Shown piece after piece: positions 50,498 through 63,905 of a DNA stretch of 64,000 bases. The first letter of the stretch is position 1; each line of letters opens with the position of its first letter. A program made the position numbers and the translations under genes. The notes beneath the pieces are model-generated. The model did not search any database. It was not told the origin of the DNA and saw nothing but the letters and a program-made list of their open reading frames with translations. Origin of the DNA: Azolla caroliniana (lineage: Eukaryota; Plantae; Polypodiophyta); contig JBHGNT010000005.1 of NCBI GenBank assembly GCA_043228905.1, positions 14,632,001-14,696,000 on the forward strand, read 5' to 3'.

Positions 50498-52316
50498 TTG
50501 GGATCTACATTGATGAGATCACAGATTTTATTGCTCGTAAGGGAGGCAATGGAGTAGTCCTTGGGGATACACAGGTGCGTATCTTGCTCTATGCAGACGA
50601 CATAGTTTTGCTCTCTGAATCCAAACACGACCTACAAAGGCACCTTAATGCCTTAGATGACTTTTGCACACAACGAGGATTGGTAGTGAATCTAGGGAAA
50701 ACTAAAGTCCTTATCTTCCACACGTCGGCCCAAGTTAGAGCTAAGTGTCACCTAACTATCTCCCATAGCCCAGTTAAGGTGGTTGGATCATATGTCTATC
50801 TCAGAGTCACTTTCAGTGCCCGCTCAGGTAAATTTTCGATGACACAAGCAGCGAAGGATAGACTTACAAGAGGACATGCATCCCTCTCACTCCTCGAGAG
50901 ACAATGCCACCAAGCATACTTCCAAGAGCCACGAACTAAAGGGTGGCTCTTTGACTCATTAGTGACTCCCTCTCTCATGTATGCATCAGCGGTTTGGGCT
51001 CCAGGACTACCATGTTTCATGTGGACGCAATTAGAGAGACCATTGGTGATGATGTTATCACGCCAACTCCAAAGCAAATTGTCGGTCCCACATGACATTA
51101 TTAGGGCTGAGTTCACTCTACCCCCTATGTTAGTAGAAGCCCTTTTTAAACTTGTAGTCTTTCTCCACATGATACATAACCAACCACTTGATAGAATATC
51201 CCGTCAAGCCTTTAAGGCTTCTCAAGCATTGTATGAGTCCGGCTATAATAGCTCATGGTATGGCATGATGGTGAGTTGGCTTCTTGCCAACGGTCTAGAC
51301 ATTAATAACCTCCCCCCCCCTTAAGTACGACCACACGACTGATAACACTTTAATCTCTCATGAGGACCGTAATAAAGTAATACGTCAAGAAATATGGTAA
51401 ATTTATACTCGGTATAAATGGATCACCCCACTAGAGCCACTCCCATCTAAAATGCAGTACTATAAGGAACACTTTATGCACTTCTCTAAGTTAGGTTTTA
51501 TTACGCGGCCAAGATATCTAGATGTATTCTTACCACATGCACTAAGGGTTGCCATTGATCAACTTAGAATATCATCTCACCAACTTGAGATTGAGAATGG
51601 ACGTACTAATGGAGTCCCTAGGGATGAAAGGATATGTAGGTTATGCCACACAGAGATAGAGGATGAGTACCATTTTACATGCAAATGCCCCACCTATGCC
51701 GAGATAAGGGCAAAATACCAAGACATACTTGGTTCCTCTCCCACTCTCCCTAAACTATTAGATACACTAGATATAAAGAAATTAGGTAGATACATCTTAG
51801 AATTGAAACAACACAGAGAGAATAAGTTACAAAACGTTGATAATAATATTGCTAATGTTTACCAACATGTAACAAATGAAGTTTTTCAGGAACAGGGGAA
51901 GACAATGAATGTCGACACACCTGCACCACTCGGGCTTTTCCTTGATGAAGTAGAAAATCAAAGAAGAACCAAACGCCCTTGGCTGCCGGGTTTCAAAGCA
52001 ACTCGACAAGATGTAGAAGCAATAAAGAAAATAAGGGAACGTGAACTACACCGCCTAGAAGCCATGGCTAGGGCACTCTATACACCACCGGGACCATAGG
52101 TCACACCCACACCAAAAACTTTTGACCTCCCACTTCTTTTTGAGAGACTTGGGTGGAAATGAGATTAGGCTTAGTGCAAAGTTTTGTACACCACTAGAAC
52201 TCTCTTAGCTTAAGCTATTTTCTTTTATTTTAGTTTTGATGATTGGATAAACACTCATTATTGTTGTAAACCAATTGTCTCATGGGCCAAATTTGGCCTT
52301 AGAAGACGTTAATATT

Positions 52317-52350
<34 letters not shown>
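50498..52350 (+). mobile_element. 5'-truncated non-LTR retrotransposon (LINE, RTEX-like) with a (TTTC)n tail
   Basis: LLYADDIVL and VNLGKTKVL (RT); LRISSHQLEIENGR...RICRLC...EDEYHFTCKC (C-terminal CCHC); ORF ends 52099; (TTTC)n at ~52314-52350; host RNase H continues on both sides. Confidence 0.85.
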
Positions 52351-52351
<1 letters not shown>

Positions 52352-53103
52352 AGTGAAGTGGAACTGGTGTATGTTCAAATGGATCGGTAGGTGGCCAACA
52401 TCTTCCACAAACCTCTCAGACTTGACAAGTTACGGCAATTCTCGGGTATGCTTGTCTACAACATCTTGACTTGCCGAACTTGAGGGGGAGAGCTAAGGAG
52501 AGACTTGACAAGAGAGGAGTCGAATCAGACAAGAGAACAATAGGAAGAAAATCAGCTAAGGGAAGGCCAGTTGACTGCAAGGGGCGCGGAACAAGCAAGC
52601 CAGAGCCAGCTGAATGAAGGGACACATCCGGAAACGAGAAGAAAGTTTGGAAGTCTTGGGCTGACATAGCCAAAGGACGGAGTGAAGACGATTGGGGACA
52701 AGCAATTCGGTCGAGAGGAATAATTCGAATGACCTGAATCCTATGAAGGCCAGGAGCATGAGGAGGCAGTTGAAGCCAACACCGATACGGAGGAGCCGAT
52801 GGGTCAAAGGGCGCCAACTCCATAGAGGCAAGAAGACAGCCGTCAAGGGACTTGGGAGCAGACAAGTCGACTGAGCATGTCGAGGAGTGTGGGCCAAGAG
52901 ACAAGTTGGCAGAAAGAGCCAAGGGAAGAACCGATTGAGCAAACGGAGGAACCTCAAGTTGAGCTTGAGGAGGGAATGTTGAAAGACAAGCTCAACATGA
53001 GCCGAATCAACTAAAGGCAGGTAGGCCAGATCAGCTGAAGAAGCCAATAGTTGAATCGGCTGAGGAAGATCGGCTGGAGAAGCCGAATACCAGATGGGCT
53101 AAA

Positions 53104-56100
53104 TGACGCGAAATATGCGAAATATTACTCGGCCACAACCGAGTCTCAGATCGTGTCATTTCGAATCGAACACCGAGAATGGGAATGGAGGTGAATACAC
53201 GTACACACAAACAATATGAGAGAGGGTACACAGTATGTTTACGTGGAAAACCCTAAATGGGAAAAACCACGGGAGTTCACAAAATCCAACTATCACTATG
53301 TCTAGAGGAATACAACAAGTGACCATGGAGGCAACAACCTCTTGGTCACAATCTTTGCCTAGTGGTAGTTACAACAGAGACTCGCTCAATATCTCACTCT
53401 CTCTCTCTCTCTCTTACTCTGTATAGTAGCTACACCAATAACTCTATACAACAAAAAAAAGACAACACACCTAAGAGTTTGCCCTAGGTCATATTTATAC
53501 TAATAGGACTTTCCGGCCATTTACAAATATAGCCCTTGTGGGCTCTCTGGAACATATTTACATATATGTCCCTTCATCCGATGAGAGGTTCTCACCGGAC
53601 CTGCATCATCCCATCCGGGGGAACAGAGATCCTAACAAACTCCCCCTTCACTCCGGCATGGGATGCCTCGTAAGTTTGATCCGCTTTCGGCATGCGTCCA
53701 GCTTGTCGGGTGTCAACACCTTGGTCAGCATATCTGACCCATTCTCCTCCGTGTGGATTTTCGTCAGCATGAACTCCCGATCTTCTACTCGCTCCCGGAT
53801 CCAGTGGTATCTCCGCTGGATGTGCTTCGTCCTGGAATGATACGACGCATTCTTCGCAAGCTGGATGGTACTTTGACTGTCGCAATAGAGCCGGTATTCC
53901 TCTTGTCGGATCCCTAGCTCTTCGATAAGTCCTTCATCCATAGTAGTAATTCCTTGTCGGCTTCCACAACCGCCATGTACTCCACTTCCGTGGTTGACAA
54001 AGCAACCGTCTTCTGCAGCCTCGACTGCCACAAAATAGCTCCCCCTGCATATGTCATGACATATCCGGTGTTGTGACGTGGCTCGCCTAGAAGCGTAGCG
54101 TTGTGCACACAAAGGATAACGTGAAAGTGAGGAAGGAATCACTGGGATTATGGACGGAAGAGACTAAAGAGTAGAGATGGAGTGAATAGAGATCAATAAG
54201 ATATGACAAAATAGGATTTTTAAGAAATATAAGATAAGACAAGATAAGATATAAAATAATATATGAGAAAGTGTATGAAATTTATAATCATTTTCATGAA
54301 AGAGTTACAAAATGATTGTGCACGTCGTTGAACCTCCGAACTTTGTCTTGCAAGGTAATCGCTCTTCTCTTTCTTGATCGTAGACCACTACAATCTTCAC
54401 TTCAATATTTTGATGAAGATAAGGCTCAAACCGCCTCCCTCTTGTTGAGAGTTGACCACCACGACCGCCAAGCTAGAGCTCCATGTTTATGTTCAACTTC
54501 TTCCCTTCTTTCTCTATTTTTATGGTATCTCTTATGTAATACATAATTTGATTGATATCTCATACCTCTTCCCCTTTTGATCTTCTCTTTCACCCTTTAA
54601 ATAGGTGCCCCCATGTATATGATGCATTGGAGGGTACAAGACATGCATGTGATGCATGATCGCCATTTGGCGTTCATGCATTACATGTGATGCATTATAA
54701 ACATCTCGATCATTTGAGCTTTTATGTATGAAACAATATATGCAATAACAATAAACATGAAAATATAATCTTAAAGAGAAAGGACCTAGTCTAATGGTAG
54801 TTGTGTTGACTTTGGTGTATGAGGTTGTGGGTTTGAGTCTCAAAATACTATTGAATACAACATACAACTTTATTTTTATATCATGAAGCCAATCCTTTAT
54901 GTAATATAAAGTATGCTTTATTTTATGTATATTACTAGTATAGAGTAAATGGTAAGATTTGAGAGTCATAGGGTGGGGTTATTGGTTCAAGTCCTCTCTT
55001 GTTTGTGTAATATAATAAATTTATCTATCTATATATATATTATTTTTCTTTACATATATATAATATTATCATATGTGTTGTTAATATTATCTTTATATAT
55101 AAAACATTATCAAATGTTATTTTAGTTACGTATTTATCTTATTGTAGACTTTTAATGTGAAGCTTTCGTACTTCACGACACCGGATGTTGACCGGCTGGT
55201 ATCCGCATCAGCCGACATATCCGAATCGGTGAAACCGTCAAGTTGGGGTTTACCGAAGCCGAATCGGAGACACATAGTTGAGGTGCCTTTCAAGTATCAG
55301 AGTATCCAATTTACCGCATTCCAGTGCTCCTGTCGGGATTGCTCATGAACCGGCTCACCACTCCGACTGCGTATCCGGTATCCGGTCAGGTACACACCAT
55401 TGCGTACATTAAACTCTCGACGGCAGAGGCATATGGTATCTTTATCATATCCGCCTTCTCTGCCTTCGTCTTCGGGCTTTGTTTACCAGATAACCTGCAA
55501 TTTGCTGGGAGTGTTGATCTGACCGATTTCGCATCTGACATGTTGAACCACTGAAGCACCTTTGTCACGTACTTCTCCTATGACAACCACAATTGCTCCT
55601 TTGACCGGTCCCGGATGATATGCATCCCCAGTATCTGACTTGTCGGACCCAAGTCTTTCATTGAGAAGGTCTGGTTCAGAGCCTTCTTCAGCATCCGTAT
55701 CTTGACTTGGTCTCGTCCGACGATCAACATGTCGTCCACGTACAAGAGAAGTATTAGGAAGTCTCCACCTTCAAACTTCTTCACAAACACACAGTGATCG
55801 GCCTGCGTCTTGTGGTACCCTTGATCAGTCATGAAGGAGTCGAACTTCTGGTACCATTGCCGGGGAGCCTGCTTCAAACCGTAGAGGTTCTTCTTCAACC
55901 AGCAAACTAGGTCCTCCTTCCCTTTCTTCACAAATCCCTCCGGTTGCTGCATGTAGATCTCCTCTTCGAGGTCGCCGTGGAGGAATGTCGTCTTCACGTC
56001 TAACTACTCTACCTCGAGGTCCATGCTTGCCGCTATGCTCAGCATCGTCCGGATGGAAGTCATCTTTACTACCGGGGCAAATATCTTGTCGAAGTCCACG

Positions 56101-59100
56101 CCCTTCTTTTGCTAGAACCCCTTCACCACGATCCTGGCTTTGTACCTTGGGGGGTTGTCGGCATCTCCTGGTTTCAACTTGTACACCCACTTATTCCAAA
56201 GTGCCCACTTTCCTTTCGGCAACTCCACTAGTTCATACGTGTGGTTCTCATGCAAGGAATCCATCTCGTCCTGCATGGCACTTAACCACTTGCGGCTATG
56301 GGTGTCCTCCAAGTTTGCTTCTTCGAAGCTTTCCGACTCCCCCTCATCGGTCAGCAACACGCGCTATGCATCCGGAAATCTCCGGGGGGGACTTCTCTCT
56401 CTGAGAGGATATTTGCACCCTTGCCTTTCAGCAACTGGCTTCTTTGTATGTTCTTCATCCGAATCCGATTCGGGGTTTTGACCGGTTCCAGTTTCTGCTT
56501 CTTCTTCTTCTTCGGTCGGTTCAGTATCCTCACCGTAACTGGCCGGTTCTTTGAGTGTCAACCGGCTCTTAGCCGGGTGGGTCCGAATCTCATCGGTGTT
56601 CATTATCTTCTTCTCCGACTCCCAGTCGGCAAGAGTCTTGTCCTCCATGAAGATAATATCTCGACTCCGGAAAACCTTCTTGTCAACCGGATCCCACACT
56701 CGGTAGCCGAACTCATCATCGCCGTATCCGAGGAATATGCAAGGCCGGGACTTTGGATCCAACTTTTCTCTCCGGTCCTTTGTGGCATGCACGTAAGCGA
56801 GACACCCAAACACCTTCAGATGCCGGTAAGACACTTCCTTACCGGTCCACACTCTCTGCGGCGTGCCTCCGTCCAAGGGCACTTGAGGGTGACCTGTTTA
56901 TCACGTACGTCGTTGTCGCCAGCGCCTCAGCCCAAAACGTCTTGGGTAGCGTAGCATGTGCTAGCATACTCCAGACCTTCTCCATTATGGTTCGGTTCAT
57001 CCTCTCGGCCAGCCCGTTTAGTTCTGGCGTCTTCGGCATGGTAAATTCGAGCCGAATTCCCTTCGAGCGGCAATACTCCTGAAACTGCCCCCGGTATTCT
57101 CCTCCGTTATCTGCTCAAACCGCCTTCAACTTCCAGCCGGTTTCTCTTTCCACTCTCGCGTGGAGCTCCTTGAAGACGGATAACACCTGATCCTTCATCT
57201 TTAGTGGTGTGGCCCACAGCTTCCGGTTGTGGTCGTCTATGAACGTCACAAAGTACTGCGCTTCGGCATGTGACTTTGTGTCCACTTGACACACATCGGT
57301 ATGCACCAACTCCAATGGTGCATTACGTCTTATCGATGGCCTAGATCGGAAGGAGGTTCGGTTTTGCTTACCGGCCAAGCAGTCGGTGCCTCTCAAGATG
57401 CACGTTCTTCATCAGAATGAGGTTGTCATCGGCAAGCCTCTTCATCCCCTTCTCGCTCATGTGACACAATCTCTTGTGCCACAACTCACCCGCAGTGTCG
57501 GAAGCAACGTTCACTTCTTCCGGGCATAATCGGGCATTCATCAAGTACAGTGTGTTGACCTTCCGGGCCCAAGCCACTATCAGGCTCCTCTTGCTGAACT
57601 TCATGACACTGTTCTGGATGCTACCCGTGTAGCCTTCATCATCTAGCCGACCGGTTGATATCAGGTTCAGTCGAACCTCCGGAACGTGCCGGACATCCTT
57701 CAGCAGTAACTTGCATCCGGTTGGTGTTGTCAGCCACACGTCTCCTATGCCGACAATTCGGCACGTACCTTCATTCCCCATCCGAACACAGTCGTGCTCA
57801 CCGGATGTGTAGGATGAGAAGCATTTCTGGTCCGAGGTCAGGTGGAACGACGCTCCGGAATCGACAAACCACGTTGTCTCGTCGCCGGCAAGGTTCAACT
57901 CACTCTCCTCGGTGATGATCATCAACTCTTCTTCACTTGCCGCGATTGTCGTCGTTCCCTTCTGGTCCGGTCCTCTCCGGTCTTTACCGTTTCGGTCCGG
58001 TGACCTCTTCGAATTGGTATTGTCGGTTTCCTTCTCTTTCCGGAAATGCCGATAGTTCTTCTGGAAGTGTTCTGGCTTGCCGCAATAGAAGCAAGTAGGC
58101 CTCCCCCTTGACTTTGACCATGTACCCGACTTTTCCCGGTTCTAGGGACTACGGTTCCTTTGTCTTCCGCGTTTCGATTCGGTAAGGAGCGCTTTGGATC
58201 CATTCCTTTGTCTTTCCAACGCGCCTCCTCATCTAGCAAGCTCGACTTGACTCTTGCTAGGGATAACTATTTTCCTTCCGGCCCGGCGTTGCCCAACGTG
58301 ACAACCAACGTCTCCCAGCTATCCGGGAGGGAACCGAGCAGGAGCAGTGCCAGTACCTCATCGGTGAGAGGTACTTCCAACAATGTTTCCTGGTGAATCA
58401 GCCCCTGGAAGGCATTCATGTGCTCCGCCATACTGGAGCCATCTTGGTACCGGAGTCTTACTAGCTTTCGGAATACCAAAACCCAATTAACATCATTTTT
58501 GTTCTAAAACATAATGATGATCTTCTCCTAGAGCTCATGAGCCTTGCTCTCTTCATTGAAGTTGTTGTACAGGCTCATGTCGATGAAGCACCGTATGTAT
58601 GCCGTTGTCTTCATGTGCATCACCTCCCACACTGTGGCGTCAATCTTGTCCGGTCTCTTGTCCCCAAACTTAACCGGCAACCAAAGATCTTTCACCACGA
58701 GCATGTCCCTCATCTTCGACTTCCACACTGAGTAGTTGGTGCCGGTGAGCTTGAACATGCCGCCAAGTGAATCTTCCATTTCCTGTGTCGTTTCGCTCTG
58801 ATACCAAATTGACGTGAAATATGCGAAATATTACTCGGCCACAACTGAGTCTCAGATCATGTCGTTTCAAATCTAACACCAAGAATGGGAATAGAGGTGA
58901 ATACACGTACACACAAACAATATGAGAGAGGGTACACAGTATGTTTACGTGGAAAACCCTAAATGGGAAAAACCACGTGAGTTCACAAACTCCAACTATC
59001 ACTATGTCTAGAGGAATACAGCAGGTGAGCACGGAGGCAACAACCTCTTGGTCACAATCTTTTCCTGGTGGCAGTTACAATAGAGACTCGCTCAATATCT

Positions 59101-59437
59101 CACTCTCCCTCTCTCTCTCTCTTACTCTGTATAGTAGTTACACCAATAACTCTATACAACAAAATAAAGGCAACAACACACCTAAGAGTTTGCCCTAGGT
59201 CATATTTATACTAATAGGACTTTCGGGCCATTTACAAATATAGCCCCTATGGGCTCTCTGGAACATATTTACATATATGTCCCTTCATCCGGTGAGAGGT
59301 TCTCACCGGACCTGCATCATCTGGTTCTCACCGGGTCTTCCTTGTTGGGTACTCATTATCCAGTTCTCACTAGGCCTTCATCATCCGGTTCTGACCGGGC
59401 CTTCATCATCCCATCCGAAGGGACAGAGATTCTAACA
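53104..59437 (-). mobile_element. Degenerate Copia element E3, TSD CTAAA, inserted in an LTR
   Basis: LTRs 53104..53637 and 58810..59437; PBS-Met 58795-58806; PPT 53638-53647; CTAAA at 53099-53103 and 59438-59442; pol similar to E1/E2. Confidence 0.93.
54069..55180. mobile_element. AT-rich 1.1-kb solo LTR with 4-bp TSD CCGG in E3 RNase H
   Basis: TGTTGTGA...TCACGACA termini; CCGG at 54065-54068 and 55181-55184; removal restores STSGYVMTY. Confidence 0.85.
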
Positions 59438-61743
59438 CTAAAGAAGTGGATAACTAGATCGGTTGAGAGCCGATGGGTTGTTAGAGGTTTACAGTCTTAT
59501 TTTAGTAAATAGGAATATTATAGACATTTAGTGTTAGAGCTCACGTGTGAGCATTGAAGTATTTGTCAGTACTTCTGTCAATCCTTCAGAGGACTTGTAT
59601 AAAATGTGCTTAGTGAGCACATCATATGTACAGAGTGTTATTATTTTGAATAAAGTTTGTTCTCTACTCTCTCTGTCTCCCTCTCACACATACTGTATGT
59701 TCTCCATCTTTGTGTATACGTAACTGTTTTGTGGTGTCCGGCTAAGCCGACTATGTCTTGTGTACTAGCTTCCGCTTACTATTCTTTTTCAATATTCTTC
59801 TAGTCTTCTTGACTAGTCAATCCTATTACCCTACTTCCCTCTTTCCTGAATACATTTTTTTCCAACTCATCTATGGTTCCCTACGTTGACACCTCATCGA
59901 CCCATATGGTCGAGTTGCACAATAACTACCACTAATAGTGTAATCACAAAATTTGCACTCATTGATTATATCTAACAATTGAAATATGCCTTTTTGTTGT
60001 CTTTAAGTTCATGTTGTCTCCTGTCCTTCTTGTCATACCTTTTCTTTATCCTTAAATCTTTATATAGTTTTAGTTTAACTCATTTCCTCATGTGCAATCA
60101 TCACATCACAATGTCTGACCCCATTACCCAAAGAGTACTTGTGTGGCTTCCATGAAAATAATAATGCCACTTACAATAGATTAAGGCAACAATATACTAG
60201 CACTACTGATGGTGGGCAACACCATGACCCTCTTCAATAACGAGGGAGGCATGATAATGGCATGGGTAAGTTTCTCGATTTGTTTGAAAATGTCAAGGAT
60301 GCATCTTTCCTTAAGCAGTTTCTTCACGGGGAAGTAACCAAGAGAATATACCAATGATGTGCACTAATGGGATTGAACTCACAAAATCGTTTTGGATGGA
60401 ACAATGTTTTTCACGACATTGCTATTGTAGGCCTCAAGGTTTTATGGTATATATAATATAGCATGAGTATCGTGAGTATAGACCTCAAGGTGTTATAGTA
60501 TATATTATATACCTCACCATTTGATATATAAATGTTACTACTTGTGTCTTGTAGTTTGCTTTCAACATAACTCAAATGCAAAGACATGGTTATTCCTAAA
60601 TCAAGGGAGGAAACCAAGACGATTTTCACCAAGCTTCAATGACAATTCCATTCATGCTTGTGAAAATGATTATATCCTTTTGTGAAAGGTCTACCAGGCA
60701 AAATGTGTGGAGTCTTGAATGAGTGATGGCAAGGAAGTTGGCTTGATGAGGACCAAGTATACTTGAAGAGCTTCGAAATCAACTTCAAAAACCGTATGTG
60801 CCAACTAGGGAAAAAATGGTCATACAACTACTATTGTATCTTGAAAAGGGATGAGATCAAGCACTAGACCAAAACTTGTTATTGGAGCAGAAATGGGCTT
60901 TGGAATAGACATCCACATTGACCATCATGTGCCTATGTAGTAGACGCATTGCTTGCAAATGCAACCTTTCCAACCAAAAGAATGATGGACCTATGCTCTC
61001 AACAAATTAGTTTTGCAACATATGTTTAGTCAAGCATCCCATCATCTTCTTGAACATGTCCAAGTTTGGACCATGACTTGTCTAGATGCATTTCATGCAA
61101 TTTTCTTCATAACTTACTAGTTACACCCATCAATTGACACATGCATGATATTCTTGATATTCTCCATGCATGACATTCGCAATATTCGAAAATATGAAAT
61201 GGCCCCAAGAATATTATAAAACCATTCGTTTTGCAAAATAATTCATTCATTTTTTGAATACAAAATTTAAAAAATTATTAAATTCACTAAAAAAAGAACA
61301 ATTATTCATTAATAGATTATAAAAATATGAACACTATTAAGTCTCCTTACGTGTCAAATAAAAAAGGGGAGATTTTATGAACCTTTATTTTATTTTTTTT
61401 ACTTTTTATTTTAAACAAAACAACTATTTTATATTTATTATAGAAATATGATTAGCATGAAATATCCACAAAATTTGGGAGACAAAAACGAGGAATTAAT
61501 GAACCTTTATTTTATTTTATTTATTTATTACTTATTTATTAAAAATAAAACAAATACTTTTACATTCACTACATAAATTTATTAGTGTCAAGTCCCTTTT
61601 TTATTGTCCCCTTTTTATTGTGAAGTCCCCTTTTTTTATATCTAGGAAACTAAAGAGGGAGTTTATGAACTTTTTCTCTTTTTCTAATGCTTTTTCATGC
61701 ATTGGTATGTGTATTCATGTGAATTTGTTTGGGAACCCTGCGA

Positions 61744-61863
61744 ATGCAAATATGTCAACCTATGGTTACACCTCTTGATTGGACTAAGCATACCCTCACT
61801 ATGCAAATATGTCAACCTATGGTTATACCTCTTGATTGGACTAAGCATACCCTCACTATGCAA
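61744..61863. repeat. 57-bp tandem duplication
   Basis: ATGCAAATATGTCAACCTATGG...ACCCTCACT at 61744 and 61801, one mismatch. Confidence 0.9.
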
Positions 61864-62288
61864 CAATGTCCAATAGATAGCCCCGACATTATCACTGAAG
61901 ACCACAAACTTTTTGCATGAAGGCCACTCTCTTGTACATGTACAATTTAGTTGGCAAGACTCTCAATTATTTGTACAAGTAATGTTTGTGGGACAACCGT
62001 GGCCTCGAGTGGTGTTACCTTCAAAACCAAAAGAAGATAAAGTACCAAACGTTCCTCGGTTTCTCTAGCAATTTCCAGAAAGCAAATGAAAATTGCATAG
62101 AATATGTCAAAATAATATAATAGAAAGCCTCAGAAAATTCATTAAAATTAGCACGATCGATTTCGGTTCTAGAAGTGGAAAAAACAGTCACTTTTGGGGG
62201 CTAATCTTGACAACATTCTCAAGGAGAAAGGATATGAGGATGCACATCATTTTGATCCAAACATGTCTAGTCATTATGTACCCTCGAA

Positions 62289-62597
62289 CTATGCTTGTCT
62301 TTTATCATTTACCATTCCTTGGAATTCTCTCAAAGCTTCTATAGCTCTACAATACTCCTCTTCTGGAAGTGAGAATCCAAATTGAATGTGTCCAGGAATG
62401 CTGCTGCTTCTGCTTAAGTGAAGATTTGTACAATCAGAAATAACTTTTATGATATTGTCATTATCCAGCTCTAACATTTTCGTTGAGCCCAGAGTAGTTT
62501 TGTAAGTTATTTGTTTTCCTTCATATGCTTTTGGACTTGCTAACAAAGATACTCCGCCCAAAGGTTTTAAGGGCACCCAACCAAAGTTTCCAAGCAT
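62289..62597 (-). CDS. MMT1: Methionine S-methyltransferase, last coding exon
   Basis: Acceptor TTTTGGCAG| at 62598; MLGNFGWVPLKPLGGVSLLASPKAYEGK...IPGHIQFGFSLPEEEYCRAIEAL resembles the plant MMT C-terminus. Confidence 0.8.
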   Translation of the reverse strand: MLGNFGWVPLKPLGGVSLLASPKAYEGKQITYKTTLGSTKMLELDNDNIIKVISDCTNLHLSRSSSIPGHIQFGFSLPEEEYCRAIEALREFQGMVNDKRQA

Positions 62598-62890
62598 CTG
62601 CCAAAATAAAAGTGAGTATGTTTCATGATTCATTGTCACGTCAAATGCTTGTAAGTAAGAAAGGAAAAACTCCAAAAAACCCAAAAAATTATTTCCCCAA
62701 ATGTTCTTGTTCAACCCATCAAGCAATTATATGATCAGTTTATCCCCTTTTCCTCACTTTCAGGGGTTGACCACAGCATTTAGGGAAATAATGCACATGT
62801 AGGGGCATTTGAGTCAATAGCAAATGAAGTCTTCTTCTTTATTTCAACAAATGCCCTAAATAAAATCTAATCATCAAACGTGCATTTTAC

Positions 62891-63823
62891 CTCACAGAAT
62901 GAGTCAGCTCTGTGAAGTAACCAGTTCCTTTGTTGCATCAAATCTTGATGACAAATTCCACCCTCATTGTAGAGCTTCAAAAGCTTCTTCATGGCATACT
63001 TCAGCGTGCCATGGGGCCTGACCATATTCAAATTATCCTTGAAACCTTTCGAAAAGGAATCCTGCACCAAAGCATAACATAGCTCTAACCCCCCTGTTAA
63101 TAATTGCAACGAGAAGTTCCCAAACACTGTTACATTTGAGCAATCAACACCTTTGAGGTTCCAAATTGCATGCTCTTGCAACCCAAACTCTAATCCAGAA
63201 AACGATGTGTCCACAAACAAATGAGCACCAAATTTTGAGCAACAAGATATCAAATCTTCAATCTCAGATTTTGAGTACACCATCCCCGTAGGATAGATTG
63301 TGGGTCCAGTAACATATAGAAAAGGCTTGTCAGATGATCCAAATGCTTCCATTACGACTTTCTCTGTAAGCTTAAAAGAATCGTCTGCCTTAGTATGAAT
63401 GATCTCTACACATGCCCCCAGAAGCTTAGCAGCGTATATATATGCTTCATTAGATCCAGCAACAAAAAACAAAGTCCCACAGACATCTCTACATTGAATT
63501 ACTAATTTCGAAAAGATTGCTTTGGTACTGTCACTAAGAATGATCTCTGATGAAGAATTTACTGGGATTCCAAATTTGATATCGATAAACTTGTAAATCT
63601 CAGGTATTAGATCAGTTTCAACATCGGTAATGTTTTGTCGTGCAAAGCTTTCAAAGATGGCCATTTTCACAGATGTAGGTGTTGGAAGAAGATTTTCAAT
63701 TGAATTCATATATAATTCATCTCCATTTTGTTGTTTATTCAAAACTTTGACTTCCCGAAGACATTCTAGCATATTTTTCGGAACCTCAATCAGATTCGTT
63801 TTTGTCTCTGCAACCGGAGATCT
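62891..63823 (-). CDS. MMT1: Methionine S-methyltransferase, large internal exon (aminotransferase-like domain)
   Basis: SVKMAIFESFARQNI, GPTIYPTGMVYS and DTSFSGLE match plant MMT as recalled; acceptor CCACAG| at 63824, donor GAG|GTAAAA at 62890; phase-0 joins. Confidence 0.88.
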
Positions 63824-63905
63824 CTGTGGCAAACCAGATAATGACACTCAGTAAGCATTACATAAAATATGCAAGTGTATGCACAACGACAACAGAAGAT
63901 AATAC

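Larger units (their letters stand above)
49900..59791 (+). mobile_element. Old A-family Copia 3' remnant (RT end, RNase H, tail, PPT, 3' LTR 52977..59791), split by the LINE and E3
   Basis: ALSSIEAEYRGA, YYDNLNNIQLAKNP; RNase H resumes at 52351; PPT GAGCTTGAGGAGGGAA; LTR TGTTGAAAGACAAGCTCAAC...TTTTTCA. Confidence 0.75.

Noticed and set aside
59800-61700. AT-rich region with short repeats (GAACCTTTATTTTATT, GTCCCTTTTTTATT) as a possible DNA transposon remnant
   Set aside because: No terminal repeats, TSD or transposase motif could be identified.
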